From Candidatus Nealsonbacteria bacterium DGGOD1a (lineage in GTDB: Bacteria; Patescibacteriota; Minisyncoccia; Minisyncoccales; UBA5738), in NCBI GenBank assembly GCA_022530585.1, contig CP092821.1, positions 70,222 through 134,221 of the forward strand: a stretch of DNA of 64,000 bases, given 5' to 3'. The translations under genes and the position numbers were made by a program. Under the pieces are notes generated by a model that had not been told where the DNA came from, did not search any database, and saw only the letters and a list, made by a program, of their open reading frames with translations. The stretch's first letter is position 1. Each line of letters starts with the position of its first letter. Shown here one piece after another: positions 17,830-27,381 of the stretch.

Positions 17830-18408
17830 ATGGCGCAACAAACAAAAATCAAGGCGATACTTTTTGATTTTCACGGGGTGCTGGTTTTTCGGAAAAAAGA
17901 TTACCGGCCGGATTCTGTGGCTGACGGGATTGATTCGATGATCGGCGATTGCGTTAATGACGCGGAATTCAAGGCGCGGGCGATGGGAAAATATGGATTG
18001 AACGAAAAAGAATTCCAATCGGTTTTGGATCGGATTGTCGACAAATATGAAAAATTTGCGGAATTATGGGAATTGTTGCCTCAATTGAGGAAAAAATACA
18101 AATTGGCGATAATCAACAACGGGACTTTTTTGACAGTGCCAAAATTTGACGCCAAATTTTCGATTTACGGCAGTTTTGATCTTTTCGTGTCGTCGGCGCT
18201 GGAAGGCGTGAAAAAACCGGATGCCAGAATTTTTTTGCCGACCGCGCAAAAATTGGGCGTTGTTCCCGAAGAGTGTTTGTTTATGGATGACACGAAAATA
18301 AATATCAAAGGCGCGGCGGCGGTTGGTATGGAAACGATATGGTGGGAGAACAAGGAAACCGGTTTCGAGAAATTTTTGGAAACCATAGGGGTTGACAAAT
18401 TATTGTAA
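17830..18408 (+). CDS. HAD-superfamily hydrolase
   Basis: Motif I ILFDFHGVL. The later FMDDTKINIKGA matches the motif IV region. Confidence 0.75.
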   Translation: MAQQTKIKAILFDFHGVLVFRKKDYRPDSVADGIDSMIGDCVNDAEFKARAMGKYGLNEKEFQSVLDRIVDKYEKFAELWELLPQLRKKYKLAIINNGTFLTVPKFDAKFSIYGSFDLFVSSALEGVKKPDARIFLPTAQKLGVVPEECLFMDDTKINIKGAAAVGMETIWWENKETGFEKFLETIGVDKLL

Positions 18409-18441
18409 TAAATTACAATGATTATTGTATATAATTACAAT
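18402..18441. promoter_or_regulatory. Two ATTGTA-N6-TACAAT palindromes (candidate operators) upstream of the MNT-like gene
   Basis: attgtaataaattacaat (18402-18419) and attgtatataattacaat (18424-18441). The same hexamers occur in the 16597-16620 palindrome. Confidence 0.5.
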
Positions 18442-18453
18442 AATACCGATCCT

Positions 18454-19005
18454 ATGATTTCTTTCAAATCGCAGATCGCGGTTAAAGTGTTGGGATATTT
18501 CTTTTTAAACCCCGAAAGCCGCCGTTATATCAACGAATTGGCGGATTTGCTGGCAGTTGATCCGGGGAATTTGTCGCGTAAATTAATTGAATTGGAAAAA
18601 GAAAAAATTATGGCCAGCGACCGGCGGGGAAACCAAAGATACTATTTTTTAAACAAGGATTATCCTTTGCTGCGGGAAGTAAAAAAAATGTTTGATGTCG
18701 ATTTTGGATTGCCGCGCATCATTGAAAAAAAACTTGGGAAATTAAAAGGATTGGATCATGCTTATATTTACGGTTCTTGGGCCAAAAACGCGATGGATAA
18801 GGAAAGCGATATTGATCTTTTGCTGGTTGGCTCCCATTCTTCGTTGGAAGCCAAGAGGCGTTTGTTGCCTTTGCAAAAAGAAATTGGACGGGAAATCAGC
18901 GTGGTTGATATGGGCCAAAAGGAATTTAAACAAGCGATGGTCGAAGGCGATCCGTTTATTAAAAACATATTTTCGGATAAAATAATTGAATTGGCGACAA
19001 AGTAA
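18454..19005 (+). CDS. wHTH plus minimal nucleotidyltransferase (MNT/MntA-like antitoxin)
   Basis: N-terminal ArsR-like wHTH (INELADLLAVDPGNLSRKLIELE). NTase motif GSWAKNAMDKESDIDLLLVG. Confidence 0.65.
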   Translation: MISFKSQIAVKVLGYFFLNPESRRYINELADLLAVDPGNLSRKLIELEKEKIMASDRRGNQRYYFLNKDYPLLREVKKMFDVDFGLPRIIEKKLGKLKGLDHAYIYGSWAKNAMDKESDIDLLLVGSHSSLEAKRRLLPLQKEIGREISVVDMGQKEFKQAMVEGDPFIKNIFSDKIIELATK

Positions 19006-19413
19006 ATGTTTGAGCGTTTTAAATTCACCGCCGTACAGATCGCGAATTACCGCCGGTCGGCCGAACGCGATTTGGCAATCGCCCGCAAATCGGATATCTC
19101 CGAGGTTGCTTTCCGGTTTTCTTATGACGCGTTGTTGAAACTGGCCACTGCGATTTGCGCGTACAAATCTTTACGGGTGAAGGCGCGGCAGGGCCATCAT
19201 ATCGAGTTAATCAAGAAATTGGCGGAAATCATCGGCGATTCGGAAATCGAAGTTTTGGGAAACCAAATGCGGGCCAAACGGAATTGGGATTTGTATGGCG
19301 GCGGCGCGCTGATCTCAAAAAAAGAGGCCAAAGAATATTCCGATTGGATTGCCTTAATATTCGTCAAAGCCCAAGAATATTTTGATGGCAAAAACCAAAG
19401 GTTGGGATTATAA
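19006..19413 (+). CDS. HEPN-like protein, putative partner of the MNT gene
   Basis: Its start abuts the stop of the MNT gene. All-helical, with MRAKRNWDLY resembling the HEPN R-x-x-R-N...Y/H region. The assignment is tentative. Confidence 0.45.
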   Translation: MFERFKFTAVQIANYRRSAERDLAIARKSDISEVAFRFSYDALLKLATAICAYKSLRVKARQGHHIELIKKLAEIIGDSEIEVLGNQMRAKRNWDLYGGGALISKKEAKEYSDWIALIFVKAQEYFDGKNQRLGL

Positions 19414-19595
19414 GATACGGTCGTTGTTGAAAGCGGGATTTTTTTGATATACTATTGATTAACTTGAATATCACTCAACCCTAAAATAAAGCTAAATTTA
19501 AGGGTTCGGCTATTCAACTTAATTAGAGAGGGTCAATAATAAAAAACATGAGTTTTTTGTTGTTCAAATAAACACAAACAAATAACTAAAAACAA

Positions 19596-19865
19596 ATGGA
19601 TATTGAACAAGTTAAAATTTGCCAGAGTTGCGGCATGCCGATGGAATCCGCGGAAGATTTCGGTCTCAATGCCGATGGAAGTAAAAACAAGGAGTACTGC
19701 CAATTTTGCTGGCAGGACGGTGAGTTTACCGCGAAAGTTGAATTGCCGGAATTTATTGACGCGCAAGTCAAGATCGCGGTGGAAAAAATGGGAATGGATG
19801 AATCCGAGGCCCGCGCCGTGGCCGAGACGACTTTGCCCGAGCTTGATCGCTGGCGCGCCATTTAG
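19596..19865 (+). CDS. Zinc-ribbon protein (paralog of 13185-13496)
   Basis: CQSCGMPM...EYCQFCWQDGEF. Confidence 0.6.
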   Translation: MDIEQVKICQSCGMPMESAEDFGLNADGSKNKEYCQFCWQDGEFTAKVELPEFIDAQVKIAVEKMGMDESEARAVAETTLPELDRWRAI

Positions 19866-19888
19866 AATTTTTTTTAAAAAATAAATAT

Positions 19889-20671
19889 ATGAAGACAATA
19901 TTTAAGGTTTTGGTTTTTGTTTTGGCGGTAATGTTGTTGGGGGCGTTGGCGATATTTTTCGCGCCCGGGAAAAACGCGCCGGTGGTTGAAGCGCCCGAAC
20001 AAACGGGAAACGGCGGCGGCGATGCGGCCGCCGATGAAATTTATTGCAATCAATATGATCCCCAAGATTGCCCGCAAAAATGCGTTATTTGCCCGCCATG
20101 CGAGGTTTGCAGTTCAATCCAATGCCGCGCCAAAGCGTCTTGCGCGGCAATGGGTTTTGACGAAAATTGGTACAAGGAAAATGTAGCACCCGTTGAAAAA
20201 CCGGCGCCGGATGGCGGCGGGCAAGCGCCGAATGCCGGCATGGCCAATCCGGCGTCGGTTTATTGTATCGATCAAGGCGGCAAACTGGAAATTCGCGAAG
20301 GCGGCGGCGGGCAATACGGCGTTTGCGTGATGCCCGATGCCACCGAATGCGACGAATGGGAATTTTTCCGCACGCAAAAATGCGGCGGAAGCGCCGGCGG
20401 CGATAATGGTTCGGCCGGCCAAACTTGCGGTCGGGAAAATTGCCACGGTTTGGAAATTGTTTGCGGGTCCAATCCGGCCGAAATTTGCACCATGGAATAT
20501 CGATTGGGCGACAAATGTCTGCGTTATGTGAATTGCGGCATTGTTGACGGCGTTTGCCAAGAAATTAAGAACGCGGCGTTTGACGCGTGCAAAGTCTGCG
20601 TCCAAAAATGCGAAACCGATTTTGCCAACGACCCGCAAAAATCTTTTGATTGCGAAAGCAACTGCGAATAG
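19889..20671 (+). CDS. Membrane-anchored Cys-rich protein with a DUF333-like domain
   Basis: N-terminal TM segment. ANPASVYCIDQGGKLEIREGGGGQYGVCVMPDATECDEWEFFR matches the DUF333 pattern. There are more than 25 Cys. Confidence 0.6.
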   Translation: MKTIFKVLVFVLAVMLLGALAIFFAPGKNAPVVEAPEQTGNGGGDAAADEIYCNQYDPQDCPQKCVICPPCEVCSSIQCRAKASCAAMGFDENWYKENVAPVEKPAPDGGGQAPNAGMANPASVYCIDQGGKLEIREGGGGQYGVCVMPDATECDEWEFFRTQKCGGSAGGDNGSAGQTCGRENCHGLEIVCGSNPAEICTMEYRLGDKCLRYVNCGIVDGVCQEIKNAAFDACKVCVQKCETDFANDPQKSFDCESNCE

Positions 20672-20677
20672 AAAAAT

Positions 20678-21655
20678 ATGGAATATATCGACAGAATATA
20701 TGGAAAAACGGAGATTAACGATCCGGCGGTATTGGAATTGGTCGGCTGCCCGACAATCCAGCGGTTGAAAAAGATCGACCAGGCCGGATACTTCACGCCT
20801 TTCTACCCGGGAACCGAACAAAGCCGGTTTGAACATTCGGTGGGGGTTTATTTGTTGTTGAAAAATTACGGTGCGCCAATCGAAGAACAGATTGCCGGAC
20901 TGATCCACGACGCGTCGCATTCGGCGTTTTCGCATTGCGTGGATTATGTTTTGGCTGCGGGATCGGAATCCGAGCAAAGCCATCAGGATAATGTTTTCGA
21001 TGAGTTCGTGCGGCGGTCGGAAATTCTGTCGATACTGAAAAAATATTCAATCGATCCGGAATATATTCTTGACCAAACCAATTTCCCGCTTGAAGAAACC
21101 GATTTGCCCGATCTTTGCGCGGACCGCATCGATTATTCCTTGCGCACCGCGCGGGTTTTCGGTGAAATCGAAAGCGCGGATTATTTTTTGGAGAATCTGG
21201 AAGCGGAAAAGCAAAAATGGGTTTTTAAAGACTTTGAAAGCGCCAAAGGTTTCGCGAAGATGTTTTTTAAAATGAACGCGAGGTATTATTCCGGTCTGTT
21301 TTCCGCGGTAATGTTCCGCGCGGTGGGCGATTATCTGCGTTACGCGCTGGAAAAGGGATATATCAACGAGGCCGATTTGTATTCCACGGATGAGGAAGCG
21401 CTGGCCAAGATCGCGCGGTTCCACGACAAGGACGGGGAATTGTCAAAATTGTTCGACCGGATGAACAATAAAATCGGATTCAGAAACGATCCCGCCGACT
21501 ATGATGTCTTAGTCGCTTGCAAGTCGCGCGCGGTCGATCCGCTGTTTCGCGCGGATGGCATAATCAAAAGAGTTTCGGAAGCCGATGGCGAATGGAAAAA
21601 GATATTGGAAGCCGAATCCAAGCCCAAAATATATTTCATCAAATTCGACAAATGA
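20678..21655 (+). CDS. HD-domain metal-dependent phosphohydrolase
   Basis: RFEHSVGVY...LIHDASHSAFSH...DRIDY pattern. Confidence 0.7.
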   Translation: MEYIDRIYGKTEINDPAVLELVGCPTIQRLKKIDQAGYFTPFYPGTEQSRFEHSVGVYLLLKNYGAPIEEQIAGLIHDASHSAFSHCVDYVLAAGSESEQSHQDNVFDEFVRRSEILSILKKYSIDPEYILDQTNFPLEETDLPDLCADRIDYSLRTARVFGEIESADYFLENLEAEKQKWVFKDFESAKGFAKMFFKMNARYYSGLFSAVMFRAVGDYLRYALEKGYINEADLYSTDEEALAKIARFHDKDGELSKLFDRMNNKIGFRNDPADYDVLVACKSRAVDPLFRADGIIKRVSEADGEWKKILEAESKPKIYFIKFDK

Positions 21656-21665
21656 AATGTTCTGA

Positions 21666-21694
21666 TTGACATAAACTTTGGCATGGGGTAAATT
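21666..21694 (+). promoter_or_regulatory. Sigma70-like promoter for the Phd/RelE operon
   Basis: TTGACA (21666-21671), a 17-nt spacer, then TAAATT (21689-21694). The direct repeat ataaacttt flanks it. Confidence 0.45.
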
Positions 21695-21718
21695 AAAGTT
21701 AATCTTAAGATAAACTTT

Positions 21719-21946
21719 ATGGAAACAAAAAATCAAATAATCGGCCTTAAAGAATTGCGCGAAAATACGGATTTTTATATTAACGCCGTTAAAAATGGCG
21801 GGTCTTTCGTCGTGGTCAGGAAGTCAAAGCCAGTTTTCAGAATATCCTCCGCGGATGAAGACGAGGGTTTATGGGAAACGGCGATTGATTTTACCAAAAT
21901 CAAAAAGGGTGGTGTTCATATTGATGAAATTTTATCTCGCTTATAA
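21719..21946 (+). CDS. Phd/YefM-type antitoxin
   Basis: IGLKELRENTDFYINAVKNGGSFVVVRKSKPVFRI matches the Phd/YefM N-terminal pattern. It sits 2 nt upstream of the toxin gene. Confidence 0.7.
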   Translation: METKNQIIGLKELRENTDFYINAVKNGGSFVVVRKSKPVFRISSADEDEGLWETAIDFTKIKKGGVHIDEILSRL

Positions 21947-21948
21947 AT

Positions 21949-22194
21949 ATGGTGGATAAAATTCGGAAAGCTTTGGATAAATTATCGTCCAAAGAAAGAA
22001 AAGCCATTGATGGGTTGCTGGTTAAGATGAAGAATGGGCAATTTGACGGTTTGGATTGGAAAAAATTGAAAGGACGGGATGGCATTTACAGGGTTCGGAA
22101 AGGCGAAATTCGAATAATTTACCGATTGGATGCAAGCGGCGGTATTGTTGTATTGGAAATTGGCAGAAGAAATAACAAGACCTATAATTTTTAA
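21949..22194 (+). CDS. RelE/ParE-family toxin
   Basis: YRVRKGEIRIIYRLDASGGIVVLEIGRRNNKTY is a typical RelE/ParE C-terminal core. Confidence 0.7.
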   Translation: MVDKIRKALDKLSSKERKAIDGLLVKMKNGQFDGLDWKKLKGRDGIYRVRKGEIRIIYRLDASGGIVVLEIGRRNNKTYNF

Positions 22195-22238
22195 TTAAAA
22201 AACATTTACGATTGGAATCTGTTTGTAAATTGAAATTT

Positions 22239-22511
22239 ATGCAAGATATTCTGATTCAAGCGCTTACGCTGGCGTATGGAAGCACCGGGATTGTCGGGGT
22301 GGCGGCTTATTGGCCGACGATAAAAGACCTTTGGCGCGGGAAACCGAGCGCCAATGTGTCGTCTTATTTTATCTGGGTGGCGACAAACGGCATTACTTGG
22401 TTGTACGGATTGTTGATCTTGAAAGATGCTCCGTTCATTTTTGTTTCAAGTTTATATTTGTTTGCCAACGGACTCACATTATTTATGCGGTTAAGATTAA
22501 GAAAAAAGTAA
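22239..22511 (+). CDS. SemiSWEET/PQ-loop-like 3-TM membrane protein
   Basis: About 90 aa with three helices. AAYWPTIKDLWRGKPSANVS...WLYGLLILKDAP parallels the SemiSWEET PQ-loop pattern, with PT in place of PQ. Confidence 0.45.
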   Translation: MQDILIQALTLAYGSTGIVGVAAYWPTIKDLWRGKPSANVSSYFIWVATNGITWLYGLLILKDAPFIFVSSLYLFANGLTLFMRLRLRKK

Positions 22512-22517
22512 TTTATT

Positions 22518-23117
22518 ATGGCCAAGAAGAAATTTTACGCGTATAAAGCGGGGGACGAAAAAGGCGTCACGGACAATTGGAACGAGTGCGCCGAGATTGT
22601 GGGCGGGCAATCGGGAGCGAGATACAAGTCGTTTGAAAGCGAAGGCGAGGCGCGGCGATGGCTGGACGCGGGCGCGGATTACGCGATCAAGCACATTGCT
22701 CTTGAGCCGGGGATTTATTTTGACGCGGGCACGGGCGGCGGCAACGGCGTGGAAATCAGCGTTACCGACAGCCGGGGGCACGGCTTGCTTCATCGGGTTT
22801 TGCCCGAAGACGAATTGAGCGCGCGCGGCCATTATCTGCTTGAACGCGGCCGGACGAACAATTTCGGCGAGCTTTTGGCGTGCAAATACGCGTTGCAAAT
22901 CGCGCTGGAAACCGGGATGGAAAAAATTTTTGGCGACAGCAAATTGGTGCTGGATTTTTGGTCCAAGGGACATATTAAAAAAGAAATGGACGGCGAGACA
23001 ATCGCGCTGGCTAACGAAGTCGCCAAATTGCGGCGGAAATTTGAACGGCTCGGCGGCCAAATCGGGCGAATTTCGGGCGGCGCCAACCCCGCGGATCTGG
23101 GATTTCATAGGGGGTAA
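22518..23117 (+). CDS. rnhA: RNase H1-type ribonuclease with an N-terminal hybrid-binding (viroplasmin-like) domain
   Basis: The N-terminus KKFYAYKAGDEKGVTDNWNECAEIVGGQSGARYKSFESEGEARRWL is an RNase H1 N-domain. The C-terminal NNFGELLACKYAL...GDSKLV is the RNase H fold region. Confidence 0.7.
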   Translation: MAKKKFYAYKAGDEKGVTDNWNECAEIVGGQSGARYKSFESEGEARRWLDAGADYAIKHIALEPGIYFDAGTGGGNGVEISVTDSRGHGLLHRVLPEDELSARGHYLLERGRTNNFGELLACKYALQIALETGMEKIFGDSKLVLDFWSKGHIKKEMDGETIALANEVAKLRRKFERLGGQIGRISGGANPADLGFHRG

Positions 23118-23262
23118 TTGGCAAAGGTTAAAAATTAACCGGAAATGATCGGATTTTGACCGAAGCGCGGCGGGTACGGGTCTAAAATTTGACTTTGATC
23201 GCAAGAAGCGGTAAATTTATATCATACCCGATTCGGCGGGTGTTTTTTTGAGGGTAAATAAA

Positions 23263-23281
23263 ACAAGGGTTAGACCCTTGT
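23263..23281. repeat. Short hairpin of the GGGTTAGACCC type upstream of atpB
   Basis: acaagggttagacccttgt, 7 nt before the atpB start. Confidence 0.7.
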
Positions 23282-23288
23282 TAAAAAG

Positions 23289-24002
23289 ATGGAAGAAATA
23301 TCCGTGGCGGCGCCGGTGTTGTTCGAGATTGCCGGCATTGCCGTTACCAATACGGCGTTTTGGATCGTTTTGATTGCTATCGGGCTGGCGGTTTTTTTCG
23401 CGTCGGTGTTCGGTAAAGCCAAGATCGTGCCGGGCAAGGTTCAGAACTTTTTGGAATTCATTCTGGAAACTTTTCTTGATTTTTGCGATTCGATCACCAA
23501 TTCCCGGTCGAAAACTTTGCAGATATTCCCGTTCGCGATGACTTTATTTTTATTGATTTGGGCTTCAAATCTGCTGGAATTGGCGCCGGGATTGGGAGTT
23601 TTTCCGATTTTGCGTTCGCCCAGCTCCGATCTTAATTTTACATTCGGATTGGCGGCGTTGTCGATGTTCTATGTTAATTATCTGGCGTTGAGAAATTTGG
23701 GGCTTGTACCTTATTTGGGCAAGTTTTTTAATTTTAAGAGTCCGGTGTCGCTGTTTGTGGGATTGTTGGAATTGATGGGCGAATTTACCCGCATTATTTC
23801 ATTATCAATGCGGCTTTTTGGCAATTTGTTCGCCGGAGAGGTGCTGTTGATGGTGGTTTCCAGCGGAATCCATTGGGCATTGGCTTATTTCGTTCCGCTG
23901 CCGTTTTTGGGGTTGGAAGTGTTGGTGGGATTTTTGCAGGCATTCATCTTTTCTTCGTTGATTGTGGTATTTTATTCCACGGCCACGGAAGCGCATGCCT
24001 GA
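23289..24002 (+). CDS. atpB: F0F1 ATP synthase subunit a
   Basis: Multi-TM protein with SLSMRLFGNLFAGE (conserved Arg motif). First gene of the atp operon. Confidence 0.9.
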   Translation: MEEISVAAPVLFEIAGIAVTNTAFWIVLIAIGLAVFFASVFGKAKIVPGKVQNFLEFILETFLDFCDSITNSRSKTLQIFPFAMTLFLLIWASNLLELAPGLGVFPILRSPSSDLNFTFGLAALSMFYVNYLALRNLGLVPYLGKFFNFKSPVSLFVGLLELMGEFTRIISLSMRLFGNLFAGEVLLMVVSSGIHWALAYFVPLPFLGLEVLVGFLQAFIFSSLIVVFYSTATEAHA

Positions 24003-24007
24003 CAAAT

Positions 24008-24086
24008 TAAAGTTTAAAATTAAAAATATAAAGACATTTTAAATTTTACATTGTAATTTTGATTTTTGATTTTTACATTTTAAATT
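24008..24086. repeat. AT-rich palindromic intergenic repeat (atpB/atpZ spacer)
   Basis: Contains attttacattgtaattttgatttttgatttttacatttt, the reverse-arm consensus of the family. Confidence 0.75.
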
Positions 24087-24087
24087 T

Positions 24088-24318
24088 ATGAATATGTTGG
24101 CGCGGGCGATGGCGGTGGGATTGGAGCTGGGATTCGCAATTGCGATTCCTTTGGTGGGGTTTTTGCTTTTCGGATTGTGGCTGGACCGCAGAATTGGCAC
24201 AACGCCGCTATTTATGATAGTATTCTTGCTGGCGGGGCTGGCGGTGGTTGTTATCGAAGTGAAGCAGTTAATTTTGCCGTTTCTTGAAAAAAGGTCAAAA
24301 AAGAATGATAAATTATAA
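24088..24318 (+). CDS. AtpZ/AtpI-family small membrane protein
   Basis: 76 aa with two TM helices, a typical AtpZ/AtpI layout. It sits between atpB and atpE. Confidence 0.6.
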   Translation: MNMLARAMAVGLELGFAIAIPLVGFLLFGLWLDRRIGTTPLFMIVFLLAGLAVVVIEVKQLILPFLEKRSKKNDKL

Positions 24319-24341
24319 ATTATCATTGATAAATTAAATAA

Positions 24342-24575
<234 letters not shown>

Positions 24576-24646
24576 TTGTTTTGGCGGAGTTTTATGCTCC
24601 GCGGTTTGCCGGTTAATTGGCGGGCAAACCATAGAGCGTAAGAATA

Positions 24647-24783
24647 ATTTTCAATTTTCAATTTTCAATTTTCAATAAAATTACAATGTTCCAATGTCAC
24701 AAACAAAATGCGAATCCGGTATTTTGTTTGGATATTGAATTATCGGAACATTCATTGAAAATTGGAGTTTGAAAATTGAAATT
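24647..24783. repeat. ~137-nt AT-rich imperfect palindrome between atpE and atpF
   Basis: (TTTTCAA)n 24647-24675 pairs with (TTGAAAA)n 24754-24783. Inner pairs are aatgttcc/ggaacatt and caaacaaaat/attttgtttg. Confidence 0.8.
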
Positions 24784-24792
24784 TGCAAGGTT

Positions 24793-25275
24793 ATGGAAGG
24801 TTTAGGTATTGATCCAAAAATTTTGATCGGAGATATCGCCACATTCGTTGTTTTGGCGGTGATTCTTAAAAAATACGCTTATAAGCCGTTTTTGGCGGTT
24901 TTGGAGGCGCGCCGGAAAAAAATTGAAGAAGGCGTGGCCAAATCCGAAGAAGCTGAAAAATCGCTGGCCAAGATCCGCGGTTTGTCCGAGGAAGTGAAGG
25001 CCGCCGGGGAGAAAAAAGCCAAAGAAATGATTCTTGCCGCGGAAGCCAAAGCGCAAGAAAAAGCCAAAGCGATTTTGGCGGCCGCCGAAGAAGAAAAAAA
25101 GAATGTGATCGCCAATGCCAAGATTGTCATGGAAAAGGAGCGGACGCGGGCCGAAGAGAATCGCCAAAAAGAAGCGATGGATCTCGCTTTCGCGGTTTCG
25201 GAAAAGTTTTTGGCCGAGAAGATCACCAAAGAGCAGGACAAAAAGATTATCGAGCGGCTGGCCGCGGGATTGTAG
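24793..25275 (+). CDS. atpF: F0F1 ATP synthase subunit b
   Basis: N-terminal TM segment then a long charged helix (EEGVAKSEEAEKSLAK...). Start chosen at MEGLGIDPK. Confidence 0.85.
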   Translation: MEGLGIDPKILIGDIATFVVLAVILKKYAYKPFLAVLEARRKKIEEGVAKSEEAEKSLAKIRGLSEEVKAAGEKKAKEMILAAEAKAQEKAKAILAAAEEEKKNVIANAKIVMEKERTRAEENRQKEAMDLAFAVSEKFLAEKITKEQDKKIIERLAAGL

Positions 25276-25329
25276 AATTTAAGCAGCGATTGCGATAGTT
25301 AAAGGATAATAATCGGGCTCGTGTTGCAA

Positions 25330-25365
25330 GGGTCTAACCCTCGCGATTACACGAGGGATAAACCC
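25330..25365. repeat. GC-rich nested hairpin repeat, copy 3 (variant with compensatory changes)
   Basis: gggtctaaccctcgcgattacacgagggataaaccc. The inner stem ccctcg/cgaggg replaces cccctg/cagggg. It ends 3 nt before the atpH ATG. Confidence 0.85.
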
Positions 25366-25367
25366 TT

Positions 25368-25766
25368 ATGAACAGCAAAAAGACAATTAAAATCTGGACT
25401 ATGGTGCTGATCAAAGAGTGCGCGGGAAAAACCGCGGTTGAACAGAAAAAGATCATTTTGCGCCTGAAAGAAATTTTAAAGAGCAAGAAGCGGGGATATT
25501 TGCTGCGAAGGATCGTGCGCGACGCTTTGAACGCGATGAAAAAACAGGCCAGATTTGAAATCACCATGGCACATCCGCAATCGGCGGAAGCGGTTGGCAA
25601 ACTGAAGGATAAACTGGCAAGCCGATTTGGCGGCGATGAGGACGCGGATGTGGATATTAATCCGGCGATCATCGGCGGATTCGTCGCCCGAACCGATCGG
25701 TATCTTATTGATGCCTCGGTCAGGGGATTTTTGGAACAATTGAAAAAAACTTATCAACAAGATTAA
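25368..25766 (+). CDS. atpH: F0F1 ATP synthase subunit delta (short, 132 aa)
   Basis: The C-terminal IIGGFVARTDRYLIDASVRGFLEQL matches the delta/OSCP C-terminal motif. Operon position supports the call. Confidence 0.8.
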   Translation: MNSKKTIKIWTMVLIKECAGKTAVEQKKIILRLKEILKSKKRGYLLRRIVRDALNAMKKQARFEITMAHPQSAEAVGKLKDKLASRFGGDEDADVDINPAIIGGFVARTDRYLIDASVRGFLEQLKKTYQQD

Positions 25767-25775
25767 AAATCGGAG

Positions 25776-25852
25776 AATCAAAATGAAAAATGTCGGTATC
25801 TTAAAATTTTAACATTTCACACGGTCATTTTTCATTTCGGTTTTTACATTTT
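25776..25852. repeat. AT-rich palindromic intergenic repeat (atpH/atpA spacer)
   Basis: aatcaaaatgaaaaatgtcgg...ccgaaatgaaaaatgacc-type arms, seen on the + strand as ggtcatttttcatttcgg. Confidence 0.75.
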
Positions 25853-25867
25853 GAACTAAATATTATT

Positions 25868-27376
25868 ATGGATAAAATTGAACAATTCAAACGCCAGCTC
25901 GAAGAGACGGAATTGTCGCCCAAGCTTGACGAGATCGGCGAAGTGGTTGAGGTGGGCGACGGCGTGGTTAAGGCGTCGGGTTTGCGAAATGTGGAGAATT
26001 TCGAATTGGTCGAATTCGAGCGCGCGAAGGTTTTTGGTTTGGCGATGAACCTTGAGGAATACGAAACCGGCATTATTGTTTTAGGCGACGATTCGGGCAT
26101 CAAGGAAGGCGATATCGTGAAGCGCACAAAGAAGACGATTTCCGTGCCGGTGGGCAAAGAATTGGTTGGCCGCGTAGTCGATCCTCTCGGCCGCCCGATC
26201 GACGGCAAAGGACCGATCAACGCCAAAGAAGAATATTTGGTTGAAAGGCCCGCGCCGGGCGTCATTGATCGCCAGCCGGTGAAAACGCCGTTGCACACGG
26301 GGATTTTGGCCATCGACAGCTTGGTTCCGATCGGCCGCGGCCAGCGCGAACTGATTTTAGGCGATCGCGGCTTGGGCAAGACCGCCATCGCGGTCGATAT
26401 GATTTTAAACCAGAAGAACGACAAGAATCGGCCGGTTTGTATTTATGTCGCCTGCGGCCAGAAGAAATCCAAGGTTAAGCGGATGGTGAAGATATTGGAA
26501 GATGCGGGCGCGATGGAATACACGATTGTGGTCGCGGCATTTGCCGACGATCCGGCGGCGTTGTTGTATTTGGCGCCTTACGCCGGTTGCGCGATGGGCG
26601 AGTGGTTTCGCGACAACGGCCAGGACGCGATAGCGGTTTATGATGATTTGACCAAGCAGGCTTGGGCGTGGCGCGAAATATCTTTGGTGTTGCGCCGGCC
26701 GCCGGGAAGGGAGGCGTATCCGGGAGATATTTTTTATTTGCATTCGCGCTTGCTTGAGCGCGCGGCGCGGATGTCCGCGGCGAAAGGCGGCGGTTCGCTG
26801 ACCGCGTTGCCGATCGTGGAAACGCAGGCCGGCGATATTTCCGGGTATATTCCCACCAATGTCATTTCGATTACCGACGGCCAGATATTTTTGAGTCCGG
26901 CGCTGTTCTACAAGGGTCAGCGGCCGGCGATCGATGTGGGTACTTCGGTTTCCCGCGTGGGATCCAGCGCCCAGTTGCCGGCAACCAAGAAAGTGGCCGG
27001 GACTCTGAAGCTTGATTTGGCGCAATTTCAGGAATTGGAAAGGTTTTCCGAATTTACCGAAGAACTTGATCCGCAAACCCGCCAAATGCTGGAACGCGGC
27101 AAGCGCATGCGCGAACTTCTAAAACAGGCCGATCTGCAGCCGTTGCCGTTTGAAAAGGAAACGGCGATCATTTTTGCGGGAGTAAAAGGTTTTTTGGATG
27201 ATATGCCTCTTGAGCGGTTGGCGCAATTTAAGATTGATTTGATCGCTCGCATCGAGGACGATTCCCCTGAAATTTTGAAAACTATCCGCGAAACCGAAAA
27301 ACTTGAATCCGCCATCGAAGCCAAGCTTGAGGAAGTGATCAAGAATGTCAAGAAGACAAAATCGGAAAGTAAATAA
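25868..27376 (+). CDS. atpA: F0F1 ATP synthase subunit alpha
   Basis: Walker A GDRGLGKT. 502 aa. High similarity to the alpha-subunit pattern throughout. Confidence 0.95.
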   Translation: MDKIEQFKRQLEETELSPKLDEIGEVVEVGDGVVKASGLRNVENFELVEFERAKVFGLAMNLEEYETGIIVLGDDSGIKEGDIVKRTKKTISVPVGKELVGRVVDPLGRPIDGKGPINAKEEYLVERPAPGVIDRQPVKTPLHTGILAIDSLVPIGRGQRELILGDRGLGKTAIAVDMILNQKNDKNRPVCIYVACGQKKSKVKRMVKILEDAGAMEYTIVVAAFADDPAALLYLAPYAGCAMGEWFRDNGQDAIAVYDDLTKQAWAWREISLVLRRPPGREAYPGDIFYLHSRLLERAARMSAAKGGGSLTALPIVETQAGDISGYIPTNVISITDGQIFLSPALFYKGQRPAIDVGTSVSRVGSSAQLPATKKVAGTLKLDLAQFQELERFSEFTEELDPQTRQMLERGKRMRELLKQADLQPLPFEKETAIIFAGVKGFLDDMPLERLAQFKIDLIARIEDDSPEILKTIRETEKLESAIEAKLEEVIKNVKKTKSESK

Positions 27377-27381
27377 TTATT

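Noticed and set aside
20114-20983. Long antisense ORFs (for example 20114-20983, 28342-29310, 30358-31203, 61883-62716, 22497-23204, 26405-27085, 17123-17635, all minus strand).
   Set aside because: Each lies entirely opposite a well-supported + strand gene with clear family motifs. Their translations are low-complexity and Arg/Gly/Pro/Phe-rich, typical of shadow ORFs.
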